Positions 1 through 8,853 are shown, counted from the first letter of the stretch. The stretch: DNA of 64,000 bases from an uncultured Planctomycetia bacterium (GCA_964489445.1 CAZAYU010000001.1:4394-68393), one strand, 5' to 3'. Notes: a model not told the origin generated them from the sequence alone. Made by a program: numbers and translations.

Positions 1-1050
1 GGGTCTAAAGGCAATATAAAAGTTTCTTCAGCTGATCAAAAAAAAATCGGACTACTAGGAGCAAAATGGGCAGTCTCTAAAGGATTAGGCGTCAACGAAG
101 ACTTGGAATGCTGCGAAGAAAAAGGAGCAATCGCCAACGCTAATCCGGACAATGTATCTTCATATGCCTACTCAAGGGGTAAACAACAAATCGGAACTTT
201 AGGAAGCGGCAACCACTTTGTCGAAGTGCAAATAGTTGATAAGATTTTCAATAAACAGGCCGCAGAAACGTTTAATATTTCTGAAAACCAAATTGTAATT
301 ATGATTCACTCTGGATCAAGAGGATTCGGTTATCAAATCTGTGCCGACTATCTAAAAACAATGGCCAGCTGCCCAAGCAAATATAAAATTAATCTTCCGG
401 ATAGTCAGCTTGTCTGTGCTCCTTTGCATAGCACAGAGGCTAAGCAATATATTGGCGCAATGAACTCAGCCGCTAATTACGCCTGGGCAAATCGCCAGGC
501 ATTAACACATCTGGTTCGCTTTAGCTTTCAAAAACTATTTTCAAGCAGTTGGCAAAATATGAAAATGGATTTAATTTATGACGTGGCTCACAACATTGCT
601 AAATTTGAAACACACTCTATCGATAATAAACAAAAAACACTTTGTGTGCACCGTAAAGGAGCAACCCGCAGTTTAGGTCCAAATAATTGTCACTTGCCGA
701 AAAAATATTTATCTATCGGACAACCGGTAATTATTCCCGGAAGTATGGGGACAGCTTCGTATCTTCTCACCGGAACAAAACAAGCTGAAACAGAGACATT
801 CAGCTCAACTTCGCATGGAGCCGGCAGGGTAATGTCTCGCCACAAAGCTTTAAAAACAATAAATTTAGCCGCTTTAACCAGCGAATTAAGCAGAAAAAAA
901 ATCGAGCTAAGAGCAGCAAGTAAACGAATCATCGCAGAAGAAGCACCTTCTGCTTACAAAGATATTGACAGTATAGTTAATACTGTTAGCTTGGCAGGAT
1001 TATCTCAAAAAGTTTGTCGCATGCGCCCACTTTGCGTTTTGAAAGGCTAA
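1..1050 (+). CDS. rtcB: RNA-splicing ligase RtcB (5' partial; the reading frame is open from base 1)
   Basis: GSGNHFVEVQ motif and a C-terminal ...RPLCVLKG ending typical of RtcB. No stop in frame 1 upstream of the ORF-track Met at 103, so the gene continues off the window edge. Confidence 0.85.
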   Translation, partial: GSKGNIKVSSADQKKIGLLGAKWAVSKGLGVNEDLECCEEKGAIANANPDNVSSYAYSRGKQQIGTLGSGNHFVEVQIVDKIFNKQAAETFNISENQIVIMIHSGSRGFGYQICADYLKTMASCPSKYKINLPDSQLVCAPLHSTEAKQYIGAMNSAANYAWANRQALTHLVRFSFQKLFSSSWQNMKMDLIYDVAHNIAKFETHSIDNKQKTLCVHRKGATRSLGPNNCHLPKKYLSIGQPVIIPGSMGTASYLLTGTKQAETETFSSTSHGAGRVMSRHKALKTINLAALTSELSRKKIELRAASKRIIAEEAPSAYKDIDSIVNTVSLAGLSQKVCRMRPLCVLKG

Positions 1051-1103
1051 AACACAAGTTAAAAGTTGCACGTTTAAATAATCAAAGTATAATAATAAAT
1101 ATT

Positions 1104-2372
1104 ATGGATATCAAAGCAATAAGACAAAATCCGGAGCATTTGCGCGAAGCTTTAAAAAAACGTAATTATTCCTTTGATCTTGATGCATTTTTAAAAGAGG
1201 ATGCCGAATACCGCAGGCTAATGAAGGAGATTGAGGAACTACGATCAGCTCAAAATAAAATCAGCAAAGAAATTCAACAACTGTTAAAAGAAAAAAAAGA
1301 CGCAGCTTCTAAAATAAGCCAAAATAAAGAACTACGACAGAAACTTGATTTACTCAAAAGTAGTTTTCGCTTGTTAGCCGAAAAGCATCAAGAAGACTGC
1401 TTAAGAATTCCGAACATCCCACATTCATCTACACCTGTTGGCAATGCTTCCTGTAATAAAATCATCAAACAAGTCAATTCGCCAATTAAGCTTGGCTTTA
1501 AACCATTAGATCATCTTCAGATTGGGCAAAACTTGCGATTAATCGACTTTGAGCGCGCCATAAAGCTATCTGGCTCAAACTTCGTTTTGTTTAAGGGATT
1601 AGGAGCCGCGCTGGAACGAGCTTTAATAAATTTTATGCTTGATTTACACACATCCATGCACGGATACACTGAGGTGTCTCCGCCGGTCTTAACGTTACAG
1701 CCTCCGATGGAAGGAACCGGACAACTTCCTAACCTTAAAGACGATATGTATAAAATAGAAGGGGATAACTTATATCTGATTCCTACTGCTGAAGTTCCGC
1801 TGACTAATATTCACCGAGAAGAAATTATAGAAGAAAACATGTTACCAATTAAATATGTTGGATACACAACATGCTTCAGAAGAGAAGCCGGCTCTTATGG
1901 AAAAGACACCCGCGGATTAATGCGCTTGCATCAATTTGATAAAATTGAGCTAGTTAAATTTACTAAGCCCGAAAACTCTTATCTTGAGTTGGAAATGCTG
2001 CTTACCGATGCTTGTCAGGTACTCAACTTGCTCAATTTGCCCTATCGGATATTAGTTCTTGCTTCTGAAGATATCAGCTTTGCCGCAGCTAAATGCTACG
2101 ATATCGAAGTTTACGCTCCGGGAATTGATAAATGGCTGGAAGTTTCCAGCTGCTCAAACTTTGAAGATTTCCAGGCTCGACGGGCTAACATTCGTTACAA
2201 GCAAAAAGATAGCAAAAAGAATGAATACTTACACACTTTAAACGGCTCCGGCTTAGCGCTGCCCAGACTGGTAATTGCTATACTAGAGAACTACCAACAA
2301 GAAGATGGCTCTGTGCTTATTCCGGAAGCATTAAAAAAATATTTCAATGGAAGAGAGAGAATTAAAAAATAA
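1104..2372 (+). CDS. serS: Serine--tRNA ligase
   Basis: N-terminal MDIKAIRQNPEHLREALKKR coiled-coil arm and a class II aaRS core (FRREAGS..GKDTRGLMRLHQFDKIE, GSGLALPRLVIAILENYQ). The internal Met at 1104 is the likely true start; the ORF-track start at 1014 overlaps the rtcB end. Confidence 0.9.
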   Translation: MDIKAIRQNPEHLREALKKRNYSFDLDAFLKEDAEYRRLMKEIEELRSAQNKISKEIQQLLKEKKDAASKISQNKELRQKLDLLKSSFRLLAEKHQEDCLRIPNIPHSSTPVGNASCNKIIKQVNSPIKLGFKPLDHLQIGQNLRLIDFERAIKLSGSNFVLFKGLGAALERALINFMLDLHTSMHGYTEVSPPVLTLQPPMEGTGQLPNLKDDMYKIEGDNLYLIPTAEVPLTNIHREEIIEENMLPIKYVGYTTCFRREAGSYGKDTRGLMRLHQFDKIELVKFTKPENSYLELEMLLTDACQVLNLLNLPYRILVLASEDISFAAAKCYDIEVYAPGIDKWLEVSSCSNFEDFQARRANIRYKQKDSKKNEYLHTLNGSGLALPRLVIAILENYQQEDGSVLIPEALKKYFNGRERIKK

Positions 2373-2934
2373 CTACATTTTCACTTTAATTAAGCTTATT
2401 CTATTTTTAATAATCTTTTGTTTTTTAACAAAGATAAGCCAGTCATTCTGGGAAATGATAAGTTCAAAAGAAAACCATGCAGCCGATACATTAGTTTTAT
2501 CAGTAATATCTTTATTTGGATTTTATGCTTTCTTCTCCGATTTAAATGGATTCTATAAAAAAATTCAAAATTTCTTTTTCCGCTCATCATTCTTCTCTTA
2601 TCTAGTTCCTTCGTTAATTGTTGTTTTAGGAGTCGGATATTTTTTCCTTCCAAAAATATTTAATTTTAATTTTAACAAACAAATATTCACATTTTTAGGC
2701 GGCTTTTGTCTAACCGGCCACCTGGTATTTATTGCCCGCGACACAAAAGGGCATAACTTTAACACCTTCAGCAACTATTTATTTATATTTAGCATTCTGT
2801 ATATTTTGAATTTATTTATCTTTATTTTGTATTTAAAAGTTGCTTACCCTCTTAACATTGGAGAGATTATCTCCGAAGGGGTAAGAGGAGGAGCTCAGCT
2901 GATACAAGTAATCTTTACACAAGCTTTTCGATAG
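2347..2934 (+). CDS. hypothetical multi-pass membrane protein
   Basis: 195-aa ORF that is strongly hydrophobic and low in complexity. The start overlaps the serS end and the true start is uncertain. Confidence 0.4.
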   Translation: MEERELKNNYIFTLIKLILFLIIFCFLTKISQSFWEMISSKENHAADTLVLSVISLFGFYAFFSDLNGFYKKIQNFFFRSSFFSYLVPSLIVVLGVGYFFLPKIFNFNFNKQIFTFLGGFCLTGHLVFIARDTKGHNFNTFSNYLFIFSILYILNLFIFILYLKVAYPLNIGEIISEGVRGGAQLIQVIFTQAFR

Positions 2935-2981
2935 AGCGTGGTAGAATAATTTAAGTCACTAAAAAAAGGGGGAGGAGAAGA

Positions 2982-3407
2982 ATGAAAAAGCCAAGGCTTT
3001 CATTTATTTGGGGAATGATTATGTTTATATTGGTAGCTGGAATTTACGCCGGCGGTTATCTTTTTTATAAAGACTACACGGAAAAAGTCGCTCATTTTGT
3101 CTCTCAAAATAAATACATCAACGGATACATTGCCCGAAAAAGCTCAACTCTTCAAAATAACTTAAGAAAATTAGAAAGCACATTAGATGAATTAAAAACA
3201 GCTAACACTCGCGAACAAAAAAGAATTTTAACTAGAGTTGATACGATCACCGAAGAGATTCAAGAATGGAAAGATGAATATACTACTTCTCTAGATGAAA
3301 TAAAAGAAAATTATTCTTCTTCCGTAGAGAGATTACAAACAAACATTGAACAACTTAAAAATATTGATTTAGGCGAAATATCCGTAAAAAAGAATATTAA
3401 AGAATAG
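2982..3407 (+). CDS. hypothetical membrane-anchored coiled-coil protein
   Basis: Strong RBS (GGGGGAGGAG) 8 nt upstream of the ATG. One N-terminal transmembrane helix is followed by a charged coiled-coil-like region. Confidence 0.55.
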   Translation: MKKPRLSFIWGMIMFILVAGIYAGGYLFYKDYTEKVAHFVSQNKYINGYIARKSSTLQNNLRKLESTLDELKTANTREQKRILTRVDTITEEIQEWKDEYTTSLDEIKENYSSSVERLQTNIEQLKNIDLGEISVKKNIKE

Positions 3408-3409
3408 AA

Positions 3410-3721
3410 TTAAGGAATTAAGTAGCTAGCAATTGCTTCTTTAGCCCCGGGGGTTGTGGATGCCAGTTCAATTGCTTTTCCTCCGGTATCTGCGGTTTTT
3501 CCTACTGCCTCGGCAATTTTACCTATGGCGTTTCCGCCGCTGCAGATAACCTTTCCTGTACCTTCAGCAATTTTCCCCGTAACATTAATCGCTGTTTCAA
3601 TAGTTCCTATTGCGCAACCGGCAAGCTTAGTGAATGCACATCCGTTTATAAATATCAGGCTTAATACTATAAACTTAAGTGTTATATTTTTCACAAGCGG
3701 AGTATAACATATTTTTCCCAA
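3410..3721 (-). CDS. hypothetical repeat-containing (GKIAEG) lipoprotein-like protein
   Basis: Signal-peptide-like N-terminus with an INGC lipobox-like motif, then GKIAE/GKTAD repeats that match the DNA repeats gcaattttacc/gcaattttccc. The start is a TTG and no clear RBS is visible. The overlapping + strand ORF reads like antisense. Confidence 0.3.
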   Translation of the reverse strand: MGKICYTPLVKNITLKFIVLSLIFINGCAFTKLAGCAIGTIETAINVTGKIAEGTGKVICSGGNAIGKIAEAVGKTADTGGKAIELASTTPGAKEAIASYLIP

Positions 3722-3798
3722 AAAAACACTCTCATCTTATTTTACTTGGAGTTTATTCGAAAATAACGTATAATACATATCTAAAAAAGGAGGAAAAG

Positions 3799-4137
3799 AT
3801 GAAGCAGTTGTTGATTATTTTTCTGTTAGCAGTCAGCCTAAACATTACCGCATTTACTGCAGATAATGCAAATTCCGTTGATGAGGCAATTAAAGCATCT
3901 AGTAGTATGGATTCGGCTAAAGATAAGATTACTTATCTAATCAGCCAGGCAAACTCATTATATAATTCAAAGCAGTTCGAACAAGTAGTCCAAATCGCTC
4001 AATACATTTTACAGCATATTGACAAGAATTCTGCGCCAGCAAAAAGCCTTCTTGCAAAAGCTAAAGATGCATTAATGCAAGGTGCGCAAAGTGCACTGCC
4101 GAATGTAACCAAAGGCCGTACAAGTTTTGGTAAGTAA
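3799..4137 (+). CDS. hypothetical secreted protein
   Basis: RBS AAGGAGG 6 nt upstream of the ATG at 3799. Cleavable signal-peptide-like N-terminus (MKQLLIIFLLAVSLNITAFTA). Confidence 0.5.
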   Translation: MKQLLIIFLLAVSLNITAFTADNANSVDEAIKASSSMDSAKDKITYLISQANSLYNSKQFEQVVQIAQYILQHIDKNSAPAKSLLAKAKDALMQGAQSALPNVTKGRTSFGK

Positions 4138-4154
4138 AAAAGGGGAGCATACGA

Positions 4155-4223
4155 CATAAAGATTTCTCATCCCGTGTTGCGGGATTCGAAATCCATTTTT
4201 CCTGATAATTTGCACAATAGAAA
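4155..4223. repeat. 69-bp direct repeat, copy 1 of 2, upstream of tRNA-Ser
   Basis: CATAAAGATTTCTCATCCCGTGTTGCGGGATTCGAAATCCATTTTTCCTGATAATTTGCACAATAGAAA is repeated identically at 4308-4376. Confidence 0.8.
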
Positions 4224-4307
4224 TGTTCTCGAACTCAATGAAGTTGAGTGAGAGATCTGGTGTACACATTTAGAATAATGACCCCGAGCAAAGCGAGGGG
4301 TGTAAGG

Positions 4308-4376
4308 CATAAAGATTTCTCATCCCGTGTTGCGGGATTCGAAATCCATTTTTCCTGATAATTTGCACAATAGAAA
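4308..4376. repeat. 69-bp direct repeat, copy 2 of 2, ending 4 nt before the tRNA-Ser 5' end
   Basis: Identical to 4155-4223. It contains small hairpins (CCCG-TGTTG-CGGG and GGATTCGAAATCC). Confidence 0.8.
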
Positions 4377-4379
4377 AAT

Positions 4380-4468
4380 GGAGGGGTGGCCGAGTCCGGT
4401 TTAAGGCGGCGGTCTTGAAAACCGTTGTGGGGTTAAACTCACCGGGGGTTCAAATCCTCTCCCCTCCG
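4380..4468 (+). tRNA. tRNA-Ser (anticodon TGA), type II with a long variable arm
   Basis: Acceptor stem GGAGGGG/CCCCTCC with discriminator G. D-arm GCC..GGC. Anticodon stem GCGGT/ACCGT around the loop CTTGAAA, giving anticodon TGA. Long variable arm. T-loop GTTCAAATC. Confidence 0.8.
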
Positions 4469-4487
4469 TTTTTATTTAAACATTTAA

Positions 4488-4520
4488 CCCCTTGTAGCTA
4501 TTATAGTTGCAAGGGGTTTT
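4488..4520 (+). terminator. rho-independent terminator downstream of tRNA-Ser
   Basis: Stem CCCCTTG...CAAGGGG followed by TTTT. Confidence 0.55.
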
Positions 4521-4572
4521 GTAATCATACAACAATAGTCAAAAATCACGACAAACTAATAGAGGGAGTATT

Positions 4573-5130
4573 ATGGAAAAAAAAGATATTCTAGTCCGAG
4601 AGAGCGAAATCAACGATTTTAATGAAATTATGGAAGTTGAAGAACGGGCATTTGGCAATGTGAAAGAAGCTAAATTAACGGCGGATCTACTGAAAGATAA
4701 AACTGCTGAGCCGATCCTTTCACTACTTGCGTTTGATAATGACAAAGCTGTTGGATATATTTTATTTACAAGAGTGTATATTAATGAGATGACAAAAACG
4801 CAGCCATTAGCATATATCCTTGCACCTTTAGCTATTTTGCCTGAATATCAAAAACAAGGAATAGGAGGGTTGTTAATTAACGAAGGACTAAAAAGGCTAA
4901 AAGAAAAAGGTTCTGAAATGGTTTTTGTTTTAGGACATATGAAATATTATCCAAAGTTTGGCTTTATTCCAGATGCAAAGAAAATAGGCTTTTCTGCACC
5001 ATATCCAATTCCTGAAAAACATGCAAATGCATGGATGGTTCAATCACTGAATGCAGATGGATTTATATTGGGCAAAGGGAGAGTGGTATGTGCTGATGGA
5101 TTGAATAAATCGGAACATTGGAGAGAATAA
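4573..5130 (+). CDS. GNAT family N-acetyltransferase
   Basis: RBS AGAGGGAG. Acetyl-CoA-binding region QKQGIGGLLINEGLKRLKEKG matches the Q/RxxGxG/A motif, and the overall layout is GNAT-like. Confidence 0.8.
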   Translation: MEKKDILVRESEINDFNEIMEVEERAFGNVKEAKLTADLLKDKTAEPILSLLAFDNDKAVGYILFTRVYINEMTKTQPLAYILAPLAILPEYQKQGIGGLLINEGLKRLKEKGSEMVFVLGHMKYYPKFGFIPDAKKIGFSAPYPIPEKHANAWMVQSLNADGFILGKGRVVCADGLNKSEHWRE

Positions 5131-5482
5131 GCAAAACATCCCATTAAATGATTATAACATTATTCTAGATGTATTTTATACATTAAGAGTTGCGAAACCT
5201 GTCCAATAATGTGCCCATTTCGTGCCCCAGAATACAAATGAAAAATTAGTTTGAGTCCTACGCGAGGAGTTTTTTTGAAAATCCGAACTTTTTATTGGAT
5301 TAGAAATAAGCCCCAGTTACAAAAATGTAGTTGAGGTTTTTTGTTTATTCAGGAATATGAGATTATATATATGCGATGGAATATTCTTTGATATAATATG
5401 GAGAAGTATTTTTGGGTTAGAATGCTAGCCCTATTATTAAAAGGGCGGTTCATGATCAGCCTCTACAAACGATGGAGAGAGT

Positions 5483-6382
5483 ATGAAACAACACAGAATC
5501 TTTAGGTTATTACTTTTAATAATTCTTTTGATGGGTGGGCTCGGACTTTCGCCTGTCCTTGCGCAGGCCGGTCCTCATCAGAACGTTGAGACGATCAAAA
5601 TAGCGGCCTCTGTTGATGGTATAGAGATCAATTATTATGAGTATGGGCAAAAGGGGCCAATACTCGTGTTCGTTCACGGATGGAGTTGCGACGCGAGCTA
5701 CTGGAGAGAGCAGGTCGAGTATTTCAAGGAGAAGTATCACGTGGTTCTGATCGATCTGGCTGGGCATGGTCGTTCTGGGAGTAAGCGTGAGAATTATACC
5801 ATGGAAGCTTTTGGCCAAGATGTGAAGGCTGTTGTCGAAAGTATCGGGACAGAGAAGGTGGTTTTGATCGGTCATTCCATGGGTGTCCTTGTGATCGCAG
5901 AGGCGGCCCGCTTGATGTCAGAGAAGACTATTGGATTGGTCGCGGTTGATGATCTTCAGAATGTGGAATATCCCCTGGGGGAAGAACAGTTCAAGGAGAT
6001 GACCACACCATTCAAAGAAGATTTCAAGCAAGGTGTAAGAGGTTTTGTTGTAGACATGCTGCGTTCTGATAACTCGCCGGTCAATGAATGGGTGGTCTCT
6101 GACATGTCTTTAGCTGACCCCAAGGTTGCGGTCAGTGCAATGAACGGATCATTAGGTGGGTATCTGACAGGTGATGTGGCCAAGTTGTTCGATGAGTTGG
6201 ATGTTCCGGTTGTGGCTGTGAACACCGACCTTTGGCCAACAGATGTCGAAGCGAACAGACGGCACATAAAGGACTTTGAACTGATCGAGTTGGACGGACT
6301 GGATCATTTTCTGATGCTTAAAGCGCCTGAGCGTTTTAACCCCGCGCTTGAACAAGCTGTTAAAATGATACTCAAGAAATAA
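5483..6382 (+). CDS. alpha/beta hydrolase fold protein with an N-terminal signal peptide
   Basis: Signal peptide LLLIILLMGGLGLSPVLAQA. HGW oxyanion region and GHSMG nucleophile elbow, with a C-terminal D..H pair. GC content is clearly higher than in the flanking DNA. Confidence 0.8.
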   Translation: MKQHRIFRLLLLIILLMGGLGLSPVLAQAGPHQNVETIKIAASVDGIEINYYEYGQKGPILVFVHGWSCDASYWREQVEYFKEKYHVVLIDLAGHGRSGSKRENYTMEAFGQDVKAVVESIGTEKVVLIGHSMGVLVIAEAARLMSEKTIGLVAVDDLQNVEYPLGEEQFKEMTTPFKEDFKQGVRGFVVDMLRSDNSPVNEWVVSDMSLADPKVAVSAMNGSLGGYLTGDVAKLFDELDVPVVAVNTDLWPTDVEANRRHIKDFELIELDGLDHFLMLKAPERFNPALEQAVKMILKK

Positions 6383-6422
6383 AAAAGAAAGCGCTTATGA
6401 GGTGGATATGAATAAGACAATG

Positions 6423-6445
6423 AAGGGGCCAGACCCCTTTTCTTG
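6423..6445 (+). terminator. rho-independent terminator after the alpha/beta hydrolase gene
   Basis: AAGGGG-CCAGA-CCCCTT hairpin followed by a T-rich run. Confidence 0.45.
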
Positions 6446-6547
6446 CATTAAACAATTTCACCTGACATTAATCGCTTTTCCCTTGATAATAACGTCAATA
6501 CGCTATAATCATTGATAGTAAAGGAGGATTGAGGAATGACCTAAAGG

Positions 6548-6567
6548 AATCCTCTCCCCTCCGTTTT
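6548..6567. repeat. 20-bp direct repeat of the tRNA-Ser 3' end (att-like)
   Basis: AATCCTCTCCCCTCCGTTTT is identical to 4453-4472, the last 16 nt of tRNA-Ser plus 4 nt of flank. Confidence 0.75.
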
Positions 6568-6640
6568 AATTTTTTCTTCGAAAAAAAGAAAACGGACCTC
6601 GAACGAAGTGAGAGGTCTTGTGAATCAACTTCTTCGAAAA

Positions 6641-7208
6641 AAGACAACGAATTCTGGCGAGACACCGCCCGAATCAGAGTCCGTAAAGATATTTTATCGA
6701 TATCCAGAGGCGAGAAGGTAAATAGCTTTTCACAATTTGCATCAATCCACCTCTTTAAAACGGCTAATTGTTCCATTGTTTTCTCGGTAATAACTATTTT
6801 CTAGGACCGTCAAAATTCCCGGTGTGAATTTTTCCTGGCACTTCAGTTTTAAAAATCTCTTCCCTTAACAGGTTCGAGATACCGTGCTTTTAAAGTCTCA
6901 GAGAGCCTCCTTTTAAAATTGTTATTGCCTCCAAGACGTGGGGGAAAGAATAGAGGGGTTAGTAGGACAGTAATTTGCGCATTAAATATACTCTTGTGTG
7001 TTCCTTAGATTTGATGTATATTTTTGTTAGGGTGCAATTAAGTAAGACGTTTGTGGTTTTCTGCTACTGTTTTTAAAATTAAAATAGATGAGTTGGTGGG
7101 GAGAAACAAGTAGGTTTCTGGTGGTAACTTTTTATGATAGGAGTTGCTTTTTATTTTTAAAAGGGGATTAGCAAAGGAAAAGTAAGGTGTACCTAAATAG
7201 GACATCTG
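6641..7208. repeat. Island repeat family, copy A. It lacks the left inverted-repeat end and finishes with the right-end motif GGTGTACCTAAATAGGACATCTG at 7186-7208.
   Basis: Shares blocks of about 330 bp (GAGTCCGTAAAGATATTTTATCGATATCCAGAGGCGAGA ... TTGATGTATATTTTTGTTAGGGTG) with copies at 8854-9110, 10968-11383 and 12572-12988. A degenerate internal right-end motif lies at 7031-7053. Confidence 0.8.
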
Positions 7209-7247
7209 TAGTATCACTAATAGGACAAGCGAAATAATTTAACTCAA

Positions 7248-8741
7248 TTGAAAAAACAAAAAGTTATATCCTTCCTTGTTGGTTTATTTTTTGTTATTTT
7301 ATGTCTTGAAACAGGACTAAGAATAGTCGGATGGATTTACCAAGATAAAACCAGAAATATTGATTTTCCAGCCACTAAGAAAGATGGTCAATACACCATA
7401 TTATGTTTGGGTGATTCCTTTACTTATGGATTAGGAGCCCCTGAAGGTAAAGACTACCCTAGACGACTGGAAGATCTACTTAAGACCAGGCTAAAAAAAG
7501 AAAAAATTAAAGTTATTAACTACGGTCGGGCAGGAAAAAACACAGCATACATTCTAGATAAGACGCAATATATTATAAATAAGCAAAAACCGGATTTAAT
7601 TATTTTTCTAGCAGGATCAGCCAATATTTGGGATTTATCCGGATATAAAACATATCTGGAAAAAATAAATTTTGCTTCATGGACACTTGAACAATTATAT
7701 AATCTTCGTATTTTTAAATTGATAAAACTTTCAATCTTAAACATAAAGAAGAATAAAGTAAATAAACTGCTTTTAAAAACTGACAAACACATCTCTGCTA
7801 ACTCGGAATTAAAAAATAGCGATATAAAATTTTTAAAGGGCCAAATAAAAAAATATCCAAATATAGGGGTTAACTACGCTAAACTGGGAAGGATCTACTT
7901 CAAACAAAACGATCCTGAAAAGGCTCTAACGTATTTCAAAAAAGGAATTGCTGCCGCCCCCAATACTATTGATAGCTACTACAACATGGGGCAAATCTAT
8001 CTTAGAATGCATAAAAGAGAAAAAGCATTGGAGTGGTTTAGAAAAACAGCTGTTTTGTTTCCAAATAATGCGAAAAATTGCACAATCATCGGACGGATTC
8101 TCAAGAATCAACAAAAATACCAAGAGGCAAGAGAATGGTTCAAAAAAGCACTAAAAATAAATCCAAAATCAGGGGAGGCTTATTGCGGTATGGCTTGGAC
8201 TTACGGACAAAATAGTGAGTTTGAAACAGCAATAGAATGGTTCAAAAAGGGAACTATTGCTGATCCAAACAGCATTGACAATTACTACGGTTTAGGACAA
8301 ATTTATCGTGCCCAGCATAAATATGATGAAGGACTAGCATTTTTCCAATCAGTCAATACAAAATGCTCGGAAGTAAAACAATTTATCAGAATTTTTGAAA
8401 AAAAAGAAAAATATACCCGTGAAATAACAAATTGGATAGAATCAGACACCCGAGGTATTATTGAGATATGCGTCAAAAACAATATTCCTATAATTTTACA
8501 AAATTATCCAGAAAAATACGAGGGGTTCGATTGGAGTAGTATTTTCAATAATATTGCCAAACAATACTCCCTTCCTATAGTAGACCAATATCAATCTTTT
8601 AATGAGTTATGGAAACAAGGAGAAAAAAGAGATGATTACTTTGTTCAAGACGGACATTGTAATGCTAAAGGATATGCTGCAATGGCAAAAAACGTATACG
8701 ATAAAATAATAGAATTAAAATTAATTGATAAACTTAATTAA
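7248..8741 (+). CDS. SGNH/GDSL hydrolase-family protein with an inserted TPR-repeat region
   Basis: N-terminal signal/TM segment then GDSFTYG (GDSL block I). TPR-like repeats occupy about aa 200-340. A C-terminal DGHCN (DxxH catalytic block) is present. The start is TTG at 7248 and the true start is uncertain. Confidence 0.65.
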   Translation: MKKQKVISFLVGLFFVILCLETGLRIVGWIYQDKTRNIDFPATKKDGQYTILCLGDSFTYGLGAPEGKDYPRRLEDLLKTRLKKEKIKVINYGRAGKNTAYILDKTQYIINKQKPDLIIFLAGSANIWDLSGYKTYLEKINFASWTLEQLYNLRIFKLIKLSILNIKKNKVNKLLLKTDKHISANSELKNSDIKFLKGQIKKYPNIGVNYAKLGRIYFKQNDPEKALTYFKKGIAAAPNTIDSYYNMGQIYLRMHKREKALEWFRKTAVLFPNNAKNCTIIGRILKNQQKYQEAREWFKKALKINPKSGEAYCGMAWTYGQNSEFETAIEWFKKGTIADPNSIDNYYGLGQIYRAQHKYDEGLAFFQSVNTKCSEVKQFIRIFEKKEKYTREITNWIESDTRGIIEICVKNNIPIILQNYPEKYEGFDWSSIFNNIAKQYSLPIVDQYQSFNELWKQGEKRDDYFVQDGHCNAKGYAAMAKNVYDKIIELKLIDKLN

Positions 8742-8853
8742 CAAAACTCACTATCCAAATACTCAAAATCTGATATACAATCATTTAACTACTTATCGTA
8801 TTCCATAAAAACATTATAATATCATTTGAAAAAGCCTTAAAACTGCTAAAATT

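Noticed and set aside
3456-3707. 83-aa plus-strand ORF rich in Pro/Ala/Phe
   Set aside because: It is antisense to the repeat-containing lipoprotein-like ORF, has no RBS and is low in complexity. The minus strand is the more plausible of two weak options.
4155-4376. Possible CRISPR array (identical repeats with a unique spacer)
   Set aside because: There are only two 69-bp copies with one 84-bp spacer. The length is outside the CRISPR repeat range, there are no cas genes, and it is adjacent to a tRNA. It is much more likely a duplicated promoter or att-region.
4380-4468. tRNA-Sec (selenocysteine) interpretation of the long-arm tRNA
   Set aside because: The anticodon reads TGA (decoding UCA, Ser), not TCA. 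The discriminator G and a 7-bp acceptor stem fit tRNA-Ser. No selA or selB genes are in the window.
6495-6804. ORFs 6495-6776 (-) and 6529-6804 (+) in the six-frame track
   Set aside because: Both lie entirely within island-repeat copy A and the tRNA-fragment direct repeat. Equivalent ORFs are not maintained in the other repeat copies. They are treated as noncoding.
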